Positions 52,593 through 64,000 of a DNA stretch of 64,000 bases are shown one piece after another. This DNA comes from Camelus ferus (taxonomy: Eukaryota). The stretch is from the NCBI RefSeq assembly GCF_009834535.1, contig NC_045698.1, forward strand, positions 15,564,001 through 15,628,000, read 5' to 3'. Position 1 is the stretch's first letter, and every line of letters begins with the position of its first letter. The translations under genes and the position numbers were made by a program. The notes under the pieces are model-generated. The model was not told where the DNA came from. It saw nothing but the letters and a program-made list of their open reading frames with translations, and made no database searches.

Positions 52593-54264
52593 AGTGATCA
52601 ACACTATTCTAGGACATAATTACCTGGAGCAACATTACTTGTTGATTCTCTCTCCCAAGCATATACCTTCCATTAAAATCAACTCAACAACTGTGCAGTA
52701 AAAATGTTAACAATAATAATAATGAGAATCATAATATTTTATTTTTAATGTTAGGCATTCTAGGAGGAAGGTCTGAGTCTCCCATATTGCCAGAAATATA
52801 AAGATCATCTCTGTATTTTCCTCATCAGTTTAAAAAAAGAGGCACTTGGGCTAAAAATATTGAATGCATTAGTGAGAGATGTATATGCCGAGTTCTTTTT
52901 TATCTTAAATATTTCCATTTTCCATTTGTTAAGCCACGCCTTTACCATCATATTGGAGGGTGTGTCATTATTGGTCTAACATTTACTGGAATTCTGATGA
53001 TGTATAAAAGGACTCTATCTTAAGTGAATAAAATTAATTAATAGTTTGTAAAATTTCTCTTCCCTTTTCCATGACAGTTTTCACATAAACAGAAAGACAT
53101 GTTTATCCTTTTTCCTCTGACCATGAGAAGGTTGGTCGTTATTTATGGTCATTAACCCCCATCCTTTTAACTACATGTATTTCATGCCTCTTGGATTTAA
53201 CCAGGGTTGACTTAGCAAGGCGTTTATTCTGGGTGAGTGCCCCACTTCACCCGAATCACAAGTGCTCTTTGCTTCATGGAACTCTATTTCTTTTGTTCCC
53301 AGAACCAATTATATCTCAGCTAATCTCTTGCCCCTTTAATTTTCCTTGAAACATTTTGGAAAAAAAATGTGCAAATTGCTAATGCATCCTTGCGCCTGCT
53401 TGCTGGTTTATCCACTCATGGATAAGGATACAGAATTGTCTGTCTCCAGCTTACTACAAATTCACTATTCTCAACTGTGTCCAATAACAAGAATTCTCTT
53501 ACTCCAGGTCAGCAATGCTGTCAGTCATCTCTGATCTTTAGCTAATTCTCTCTTAATATGCTGTCTACAGTTATACGCATGTCTTTTAAATTATAAACAC
53601 TTATTCACTTGTCTGTGTCTGAATTTCCCCATAGGCTTTATATTTCGTGTCTCTTTGCTTCAGAATTCCGGGGCCTAATTTCTATTCCTTATTGTGTTAG
53701 AAGTCTGATAGGATGTTTGCCATTGAGGAATTCTTAAAATTTCCTTTTAGCAGGTGAATTGACCTTTGTTTTATAAATGTGGCCTTGGATTAGCTTTTAA
53801 GTATATGGCTTGCAATTAACCCTCAATAAAGACTCGCTGAATTCTGGTTTATAGGATAACCATGTACATGCCCCCATTCAGTTCATATGGAGTAGTAAAG
53901 ACAAGCAACATTGAGGAAGGACTGCTGAAAAGAGAGTGGCCCAGCGTTTTCTCAGGATATTGGAAAATCTTCCTTAGATTAAACCAGACCAGCATAGATC
54001 ATTAATCCTCTACCGCATAAAATCGAGATCTTACAGAAACGCTTTTACAAAACGTTTTTACAAAGATCTAAAAAAGGGACATTAGAAGACAATACTCTTT
54101 AAGATTTATTAGATTATTTACTGTAAGGATATTGTATTTTTTTTAAACTGTGAGGATACTGTTGATGGCTATTGTTTTTATTACTTGGTACTCTCTTCAC
54201 AAAGACTAACAAGAGATATTTTCTTATCTGACTAAAAGGAAAAGTTTGTCATGCTAAGGAAAAA

Positions 54265-54266
<2 letters not shown>

Positions 54267-54307
<41 letters not shown>
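54267..54307. repeat. (GT)20 microsatellite
   Basis: Perfect dinucleotide run. Confidence 0.97.
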
Positions 54308-54308
<1 letters not shown>

Positions 54309-55489
54309 ATGTGCACATTTAACTTCCGGGAAGTCCTATCATGTAACTGTCATATTTTCTATCTGCAGACAGAAACCTAAGAGCCATATGTAAAGTCCAC
54401 TTCTAGAAAATAATTCTTCCTGGCATGGACTTTGTATACTAACTTAATCCCATGTTTCATAGAATGTTTGTTACTTTAATTTTCCCTCCTTTCTGATGTC
54501 CTCACCCAATTACTTTTATTTAATTCTGTTAAATTATGTATAATTAGAAGACATATTAAACTGTTTTTGAAAAGAAGCAAAAACAAGCAAATGTGCAAAA
54601 AAGATTAATATTCTCTAAACAATTTAAATCTCGTTTTTCACATATTATCAAAGCGCATGCAGTACTTGACATTTTATATATGCATAGCATACACTTGTTT
54701 ACCAAATAAGAAAATCATTTGGAAAGCAAAGCTATTTCTTCAATATGTTTTGTTTATTTTAAAGAATTGCTAGAGCTTATAACCTTGGCTGGCTTTTATC
54801 TCAATAAAGTAAACTCTCTTTTATCAAAGTACAGATTAATGATTTAAAAATTAATTTCCTTCAAAATGTACAAATATATTTCTATTAATGAAATACACAT
54901 TAGATTTTTAAAAGTTATTTTAATTACCAAAAATCAGTCTACACATTTAGAGATATCAAAAAAATGTTTGCTGTTGGAGCTTCTGAATACCAGCAAATGC
55001 CATGCTGGGTCTATAATGAAATGTAAATTATTTTTTCCATTGTTCGCGTTTTATTTTTAAACATCAACAAAAAAGAGAGAGAGAACAAAAAGTTTTTAAC
55101 ATTTCTATGTAATACAGTTTTCAAGTAACTGAAAAAGTTGGTAGACTAGGAAACGTGCATTACTATAGCGACAAGGAGAATAAACGATTTGTGATATGAA
55201 AGAGAAAAAAGATAACAATACATTTAGAATTCCAACTGAGTTCTTTAAGCAAAATGAAAAAGTGCATTAGTGTCTCTCCAACTTACAAGTTAGATCTTTA
55301 AGAGTTAAATTAGTTTGTCTTTCAGTGGATAGGTAGTTATAAGCAAAAAGCTTTTACCCTGATGATTCACAAACCTGCTAAAATGTCTACGTGCAATTCC
55401 CCAGAGGATCGTAATGGCCCTTAGTAGTACTAAATTATAAAAGACGTTTCTGTACCTTTAATATATTTACTTGGTTGGGTTACATAACT

Positions 55490-55700
55490 TTCAAAAACAG
55501 AGAATTGGGAGCCTGAAAACCTTGATTTCAGTGTAGCCTTTGCTACATACTGGGTATGTGATCTGCAGCAGTTGATTTCATTACTTTCAAACTGAGTTTT
55601 CTCCACTTAGTTTGAAAATAACAATATCTACTCTTCTTTCATGTGGATTATTGTGAGACCAAAATAAATTAATGCATGTGAAAATATAACTTGGCATTAA
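55490..55700 (+). mobile_element. MIR SINE (degraded)
   Basis: ..tatgtgatctgcagcagttgatttcattac..ctgagttttctccac..gattattgtgagaccaaaataaattaatgcatgtgaaa. Confidence 0.55.
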
Positions 55701-58471
55701 GTTATTTTAAAACTGTTCAGTGAAACTTGATCTTATATGAACATAACACACTTCAAATCAAATGTAGTGTAGGTTAGCAAATGTAGTGTTTTCCTTATAT
55801 GATGGAGATGAATCATGTGGAAACTGTGCCTCAATTTACACCAAGTTCCAAGGTGTCGGGAGAGGTGACCAAATTACATGACTATGTCAAAATGTAGAGT
55901 GAAAAGTGCTAAATGTTCATGAGCTGATATCAGATCTAGAGGATTACTCATGCTTCCTCTTAAATGCTGAAACTATAAATAAACACACAGACAGTGGTGG
56001 GGATGTAAATCCCCATAAAAATCTATGCAATATTCCGCAACACGTGAGGTGCTTAAGAGTCTCTAGGATGAAGTCTGCTCACACTGGCTGTCATATAGCA
56101 TCCATCAAAAGAATGCAGGTTAAGTTCCCATTTCCTAGCAATTTTTTGGATAAGGCACCAAAATAAACAAATGAACTAACAAACCTGGTTGTAAGATCCA
56201 GAAAGAGAAGGCTTAAAACTTCCAATTGATTTTTTTCAAAGGCTAATTAACTTTAACACTAAGGAAATAAAGTTATTTGCTGGTGGCCCAGATGCTTTTT
56301 GTGAATTGTACTTTTGTGTTTCTTATTTTAAAGTACTTCTTTTTTTGGCATTGGTATTAAAAGGAAAGTAAAGAGAAAGGGTTCTATTTATTGAGAGATG
56401 AACTGCCTTAATCATATAAAAATAAAATAAGGGAAGAGTTCTGATTTTATATTGGCTTAGAATATCCCATAACATTATTTATAATGTTTGATCAATAAGG
56501 TAAGTTCACTGGGTACATGTTCATTTAAATATGTGGATTTTCATGATATACACATGCACATACAGACATTATATATCTGATACACCAAATGACTTTGTAT
56601 ATCTAGAATTTATGTAGCATGTGTGTGTATTTATCCTGTAAAATATACGTAATGAAGGTTGATAGACAAAATTTTCTCTTGATGGTACAAGTCAGGGGTG
56701 ACGGGCTCACTTAGGGTAGAGCTGGTCACACCTGCCCTGGTTATTAATGAATCAATGCTAAATGTCAGTGTGTAATAGTCATCCTACTATGTAACGGAAG
56801 AACAGAAAGAAAAGAATTCATTATGTGAGAAAAGTTTAAATGATTCATAACATCATTCATTTGCTTCCCAAGTTATCTGGCCTTTCTGGGCTGCTGTGGA
56901 GCCACTTAATTAAAAATAAATTACAATGAGCACATCATGACCAGTTTCAAATTCTTATATACACCCCCAAATGCATTTCAATATTTCATAGTTTTAATTT
57001 TCAGTGGAAAAAAATATGTATAAGGGGCATACATTTTAAAAAATATCATATGTATGTAGAATATATCAAATTTAAATATGCGTCTCTAAGACCCAGTTGA
57101 TGTAGCTGAAGCATAAATGCTATAAATATAAGCTTATTCATGAATATCATGATAAACTTCCCTATATGTTTCAAAAGCAAAAATAATGGAAAATTTCCTG
57201 AAGACCTAAATCAGCAGATAAAGCTGGAGGAGTGTTGGCTCAACTATCAATTGTGCTCAATCTGTTAACTTTCTCACAGTTGATTTTGTTTAATTAGGAG
57301 ATGACATTAGCTAACTTTTCAGTTAAACATTACTGCAAAGGAAAAAGCTAAAATCTTTGACACATTGTGTCTTTCCTATTAAAAATTTATTCCGTGTTTA
57401 GTACACGTTTCTATGTTGTATATTTTCTCCCTGAAAGTAATACTTTTAAATTTCAAAATACAATAGCTATCATAAAATCGAGATATACGGATTGCACCAA
57501 TTCCTTCTAAAATTAGTGCTAAACATAGCATGAAGGAAATGTAATTCAACTAGAGAAATACAAATTTACATTTTTTATCTCTGAAACTGAACACTGATTC
57601 TCTGAAAATCATTTGCATTAATAAAATCTGTCAAAGTGTGTGGAATATATGCAACATTTAGACAAATGTCACCATTATCTCCTGCTCAGACATGGTTTGA
57701 GGCCCATGTTCATCATGTCCTTTATTATAACACCCATGCATATTAAGGCTACAAATGACTTTCAGCTACTTAGATACATAATCATGATATAATGCCCATG
57801 GCTTTATAGAGTCTCAGTATAACGATGCATATATTCTTTTCAACTTACTTTGTTCCATCACAGTGAAGTCCTGTGACAGATGTTACACTAGAGGTTTCTG
57901 AAGCACGTGATTGGTATAGATTCATTTAGCTACTAATGTCACATTGAATGTTCATAGATGGTCAAGAAAAGGAAAGCTGACAAACTTAGTTGAAATACAC
58001 ACTTCATTTCCTACCATATGCCTATAAATGTAATTAGTTTTTTAAAGGTAAGTGGACTGAGGAATTTGCATAATATTGCCCTACTTGGTAGAAATCTATT
58101 ATCTCATTATGTAGGGTAGTGTCACAGTTATATAATATTCTATTTAGAATTACATAAAGATAATTTGCTATTAAGCTATCACCACAGTAATAGGTAGACT
58201 AACTAAATCAGAATAATTAAGAATGTCATTTTTTAAATTACAGTTGCTTTATCTGTTGTTTTTAAGAATGGAATAAGCCTGCACAATCACAAAGCTAATT
58301 TACATTAGCATTTATGTAGATACATGTTGATTATCACCCTTGATTTTACTGAAGTTCTTACTAAAGGAATACAATTTTCTCAAGCTATTAAAGCAATAAT
58401 AATTACACTTAGAGTCTCTCTGGTCATTAGGAGGGTGTTAAGTGGAAAGCTTTGGGAAGTTTCCATGGAAG

Positions 58472-59139
58472 TTTTTTATTTATTGACATGTAGTTTTACA
58501 ATATTATTTTAGTTTCAGGTGTATAGCATTGTGATTCAGTATTTTTACAGATTATACTCCATTAGAAGTTATTAAAAGATAATGGCTATAATTCCCTGTG
58601 CTGTACCATAGATCCTTGTTGCTTTTCTATTTTATACATAGTAGCTTTTTAATCCCTTACCACTAATCTGCCCTTCTCCCTCCTCTCTCCCCTTTGGTAA
58701 CCACCAATTTGTTTTCTATATCTGTCAGTCTGTTTCTGCTTTACATATGCATTCATTTGTATTATTTTTTAAATTTCATGTGTAAGTGATACCATACAGT
58801 ATTTGTCTTTAATATTTCACTAAGCATAATATGCTCTAGGTCAATTCATGTTGCTGCAAATGGCAAAATTTCATTCTTTTTTATAGCTAAGTAGTATTCC
58901 ATTGTGTGTGTGTGTATAAATATTTTCTTTATCCATTCATCTGTTGATGGGCACTTGGGTTACTTCCATATCTTGACTATTGTAAATAGTGCTGCTATGA
59001 ACATTGGGGTGCATGCATCTTTTCCAATTAGCATTTTCATTTTTTTTCTGGATACCCAAGAATGGAATTTCTGGTTAATATGGTAGTTCAATTTTTTAGT
59101 TTTTTGAGAAACTTCTGTACTGTTTTCCATAGTGGCTGC
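58472..59139 (-). mobile_element. L1 3' fragment, artiodactyl-type 3'UTR, ~0.67 kb
   Basis: ..ttagtttcaggtgtatagcattgtgattcagt..ggctataattccctgtgctgtac..ccattcatctgttgatgggcacttgggtt.. The ORF2 C-terminal motif CTPMFIAALFTIVKIWK appears in ORF 58960..59172. Confidence 0.9.
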
Positions 59140-59559
59140 CTTGAATGTCATTGTTTTGAAATTGCTGTACACAGTAATTTTGTGATCACTGAATATGTTA
59201 CAAAATGGAAGAAGCCATGACAGTTTCCTCAGATTGTAGCATGTGATCTTTTTTGGTGGTCAATAATAGTGGAGATGCATTGTTTAAAAATGTAAATGGA
59301 ACACTTGTGTGATACTTGCTAATCTGAATTGAGTGATTGCAGTTAGGTGTATGTAGGTTCCTACTAGCCAAGTATTTTGCAATTTTATCCCACACCCCCT
59401 TATAGAATCATTTGTATCAGATGTTAAATGTACTCCAGCTCAATCCTCACTCATTGTGGGAATATCTTACACAGCAATAATTACATCTAACTAGTTACAC
59501 TTCAGTGATTTTTACTCTTCTTTGAAGTGAATCTTTTTACTTACAGACAACTCTGACTC

Positions 59560-60210
59560 GCATACTGTTTTAGCCAAAGTCAGCATTTTCCTTCAGTAAC
59601 TAGAGTTATTGAGACCACATTTGTTTACTTTCTGTGCCAGACTCCTTCTGTGCCAGCTGACTTCTGTTTCTATGAGAACTGCCTCTGCCCAGCCTAAAAG
59701 AAGAAGCCAGCACCTGTTTCCACTCGATGACCCGCCACCACAACTGAACCTGATTGGATTAAGAGTGGACTCTTGGGTCAATAGTGCCATGATATTAACT
59801 TAGACCTAGGTTGCTCTCTGATGACACTAGCCTCCTTTCATTGTTTTCCTCTTTCCTTTTTGCCCTGTACCCCTCCTTTTTTGTTAAAAGCTTGACTAAC
59901 AGATAACCCTGAAGGCTAACAACTCTAAAAAGAACTGCCCTGAGGGTGTTTGGGAAAGGATTTCACCAATAATTCCAAACAAGAAACATCTAAAACTAGA
60001 AAAATCCAGTTGTTCCAACCACAAATTTAGTAGCTGTAAAAAAAAAAAAGATGAAGAAATCAGAACTTGGGCTGGACCGTGAGACCACATACCCCTCTCT
60101 TCTCCTTACTCTCTGAAACCTCCCATCCAGCTGCTGAGGGATTAGCTGGTCTCCAGATTCTCCTCACTGTGCATCAGCTGAATTAAGCTTTTAATCTCTA
60201 TTTGACTAAT
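59560..60210 (+). mobile_element. Possible ERV LTR remnant (family not recognised)
   Basis: GC-richer block with LTR-like 3' part (..gctggtctccagattctcctcactgtgcatcagctgaattaagcttt..). Confidence 0.35.
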
Positions 60211-61695
60211 AATAACTTTTAAAAATACAATTCTATTTTCTGTGAGTTTTGGACAAGGGCATAAAAAGACTAATCTCAGGAACTTTTCCCTTTACTAAAT
60301 GGAGAAAATGCAAACTTTGTGGCCAAGAATGCCATGACCTAGAGAAGTAAATAAAGGAAAAGGTTAGGGAGAGAGACAGATTGAGAATGAGCAGATGAAG
60401 CGACATCTGAGCTGGTTTGATTTGTTTAGCTAAGGTCTCTGCTTTGGCTCTTTCCATCATTTAGTCTTGGTTATCTTCTTTTCTTGAATATAAAGAAATT
60501 ATAGCTTTATTCCAATAAATACCTTTGTTTTACTTGATTAAACTGGTTTGAAGTGCTTCAAGTTTTAAAACCAAAAGTAACTTAACAGGCACATTTTGAA
60601 AAAAAAAATTTCCTCTTCTTCCTCTTTATGGTAAAGATTAATGAGTGCTTACCCTAAAAAAGGCTTATGAGAGCTCACCCCTCCCACACAAAATTATTAT
60701 GCACATTTATTGCTTTATCTTTCAAACCTGTTATAAAATCTTAACATGATCTGTAAGAAAGTTTATGCCATCTCAGTCCTAATGATGATGATTAACTGGG
60801 TAAACATAACTCAAAAACCAGTATGAGTTCCATGATGGCAGTGATATTCCTTATCTGGTTCTCTGTGAATTGCACACATGTTATTGCTCAATATTATTTA
60901 TTGAATAAATGAATGAATAAACAGATACACAGGAACATGCACAAGTATCTTAAGACTAGAAATTAGACTGAGTTGAAGTGAGACTATGCTTCTTATTAGA
61001 CCCTGGATAAGAAGGCAAGGAGCTTTGTTTATAATTGTTACAGGGAAGTCATTGAGATATTGTTTTAAAACATCTTCCACACAGCTAGTACTTTCATGTG
61101 TTAGACTATCAGTGAATCAGTGTAACATTTATCAAAATATGATCTCCTGAAGATTAGGGCTATTGGTAGTGTTAAGTACAGAACTATTTCGAAGATCTAC
61201 TAAAAAAAGAAATGTTTTGAAATTTCCTGATTACATCATTTGGTATAGCACTGATATACATATAGCCTACCCTGTCCTGCCACCAGTCCTGTTCTGTATG
61301 TTGAAGAGAGACTTTCGACTAAGATGATATCTTGACCTTCATGTACCTTCTATTTAGGTGAGGGATATAGAGGTGAACAAATACATATATACTAAAGAGT
61401 ATATTTAGGAAATTTAAAGAGTGTGTATTAAGAAATGTTTGTGCTGAGTGCCAAAGTATGTGTACTTGGCCCATGGCTTTGATCGCTAGAACTGTACCAT
61501 TTATTGATCAGAGAAAATGATGCATAACATTTCAGAGGAAAAAAAAAAGGCATACACATAGGCATTTAGAAAGACTGGAACACTTTTCTGGGAGCACAAA
61601 ATAGTTTGTGTTAATGTGTTTTAGATACATTTAGAGATAGAAGAGTAATGAGACTAGCAATGATAACACTATGGAATTACTACTATATGAAAGGG

Positions 61696-62088
61696 CGTGC
61701 TAGTCTGCTCAGGCTGCCATAACAAAATACCACAGGTGGGGCATCATATACAGCAGACATTAATTTCTCACAGTTCTGGAGTCTGGGAAACCCAAATCAA
61801 GGTGGCAGCAGATTTGGTTCCTAGTAAGGAATGTTTTCCTGGCTTGTGATGGTTTCCTTCCTGCAATCTTATATGGTCTCTCCTCAGTGTGGGTGTGCGG
61901 GGAGAAAACCAGAGACCTCTCTGCATTCCTCTTATTATATGCCTCCAATTCTATGGGATGAAGGCCCCATCCTTATGACCTCATTTAACCTGAATGACCT
62001 CCAAAAGGCCTGATCTCAAAATACAATCACACTAGAGGTTAGGGCTTTGACATGCAAATTTTGGAAGCACACAATTCGGTCTATAGCT
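61696..62088 (-). mobile_element. MaLR solo LTR, MLT1A-like
   Basis: ..tagtctgctcaggctgccataacaaaataccacag..atttctcacagttctggag..ccttatgacctcatttaacct..acacaattcggtctatagc. Flanks AAGGG / CAGGG. Confidence 0.88.
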
Positions 62089-63010
62089 CAGGGATTCTGC
62101 TAAATTCTTTATTGGAAGTATTTATTTAAATAATCTTAAAGTTTCATCCTTATTTTAACTGCTGTTTTACTATACTCAGCCAGGGGATGGTATTATTCTT
62201 GAGGAAAAAAGGGAGGAAATGGGATTTGTCGGAGGAGAATATATAAAATGACCAGTTCAAGGTAGAAGCAAAGCAGGATGACTCCAATAAAGACTGCTTG
62301 AAAAAGAAGAAATGTACATACTGATATTACCTACTACACATTTTTGAAAACGGGACTTGAAACTTTCAGGAATAGTTTGCAAAATCTTTTCTTGATATAT
62401 AGGTAGGAAAAGAGCCAGGCACATATTTAGTACAGAAGTAGGAAGAGGAAATTGAAATATTTTATCTAAAGATGCTCACATTTTCCCTATAACCTTCCTA
62501 GGAAGGCTGATGCTATCCTCAGAGGCCCCTCTGCAGCAGAAGCCACTATATAAAGCTCCTCAACTAATGGCCCAAAAGCGACGACTAAGGACTTCTCAGT
62601 GATCCTTCTCTGGATATCATTTTATCAAGAGGGCAAATCACACCAGGCCAAGGAATGAATGTGAGTAAAAAGAGCAACACACTGGGGAACAGAAAATAAA
62701 AATGTCCTTCAAACTGAACATTTGAGTCAATAGTCTCAGATAAGTGAAAAAATTCTATGGATGGTGTTGACTTGGTCAGACCTAAGTGCAGCTGGATAAG
62801 TTGGTTCTGTCATTACAGCAAGTAGTTAGAATAGGCATGTGGCTATTCTCTTTAGACATCCTATTATGAATGTAGTATCAGTTTATTATACCATGAAAGG
62901 AAATTGATAGAGCAAAACATTGGATTTGGTCATTTTGTGCTTTTAAATAATCTCTAAACATTAAAGCCTATAGACCTTCTATCTCATAGCTTTCTTAGTC
63001 ACACTACATG

Positions 63011-63040
63011 ATTAATCTAAAAGTCATTAATCTAAAAGTC
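63011..63040. repeat. Perfect 15-bp tandem duplication ATTAATCTAAAAGTC x2
   Basis: Read directly. Confidence 0.95.
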
Positions 63041-63044
63041 AAAT

Positions 63045-63695
63045 TCTAGAAGTCACCTTTGGTTTTCTCTTCTTTTGATAGCCAAGAATAAATTACTACC
63101 AGTACATACAGAATGACTTACATCCAAATAATACATGGGACTTTATCTCCTTGTCTTTATCTAGTTCCATGCCCATCATAAACAAAGACACCATTATCTT
63201 ATGCCAAAGTGCTACACAATAATTCAACTGGTCTTCTTCCTTCCATCCTAACCAATCTTCCAACAATAATTTGAGACAGCAACCGTGAGAACTTTAAAAA
63301 ATAGCAATCAGGTCAGATTGCCCCCTCATTCAATCAATTCAACAGGTTTCAACTATAGATAGCATAGCATACAAATCCTGTGGTCAGCAAGGCCACGAAT
63401 GATCTACCCTTGAATTCTATGACTCAATCTTGTTCCATTCTCCCTCGTGCTTACCAGCCACCCTGGGCATTCATATCCTACCAAAATCAAGATCTTGTCA
63501 GACTCAGGTCCCTTGTGAATGTTTTTCTACTTTGTAGAACTACCTTCTCCTTCATACTAATGAACTCTGAAGGATGCACTCCCCTTGGGCATTATCCATT
63601 TCCATGCCCTGTTATTTCTTTTTAAATTGTACATATTACAATTTACTTAATGAGTAGCACGTAGAAGTACTCAAAAACATGTATTGAATAAATAA
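63045..63695 (+). mobile_element. L2 LINE 3' fragment
   Basis: ..tacaaatcctgtggtcagcaaggccacgaatgatct..gcacgtagaagtactcaaaaacatgtattgaataaataa terminus. Confidence 0.65.
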
Positions 63696-64000
63696 GCAGT
63701 TAGCTAGTTTGGTGTATATAGTCCAGTGACTAGGACAAGATCTTGAGCCTCTTGAAGATTCCATTCTCCAAAGTATGTATAAACAGCTTTCTACAAAGCT
63801 AGGTGGAATAAACTAAACACGTACCACACATAAAGCAGACTGATATGGAAGTAGAGGTGGAGAAGATGTTAAATGTACCATGGAGATAAAAAAATGTTTT
63901 CAGGGCCATATTAAAACAGGGCTGGGTAGCCTGTGCTAATAAACTGACTCATAAATATAAAAAGTTTAATACAACAAAGGTTACATTCACACCAAGGTGG

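Larger units (their letters stand above)
25939..64000 (-). other. CDH12: Intron upstream of the CDH12 exon (starts beyond the window)
   Basis: Ends at the polypyrimidine tract + AG. I found no signal-peptide/prodomain exon in the window. Confidence 0.85.

Noticed and set aside
1..64000. A novel multi-gene or prokaryote-type system
   Set aside because: All ORFs other than the cadherin exon are short, repeat-derived or compositionally random. The window is ordinary mammalian intron.

Overview
This is an AT-rich mammalian genomic window, almost certainly camelid, because it carries three copies of a tRNA-derived SINE with the Vic-1-type 3' motif ATAAACCTAATTACCTCC. It lies inside a large type II cadherin gene on the minus strand. 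The only coding feature is one 295-bp internal exon (25938..25644) whose translation matches CDH12 (EC1 into EC2), with canonical AG/GT boundaries. The other ~63.7 kb is intron filled with interspersed repeats: old and young L1 fragments, HAL1-like pieces, L2, MIR, MaLR/ERVL LTRs (including a two-LTR MLT1 provirus nested in L1MC), hAT MITEs and microsatellites. I see no evidence for a new multi-gene system. The most unusual signals are small: a decayed ~53-bp tandem array whose units share a palindrome, a SINE that appears to carry extra 3' sequence with an L1 ORF2 fragment, an old LTR with GC/CpG gains, a well-formed antisense non-coding exon candidate, and a phased triple-motif cluster near the exon. 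Repeat family names come from remembered consensus sequences, not from a database search, and most repeat boundaries are approximate.
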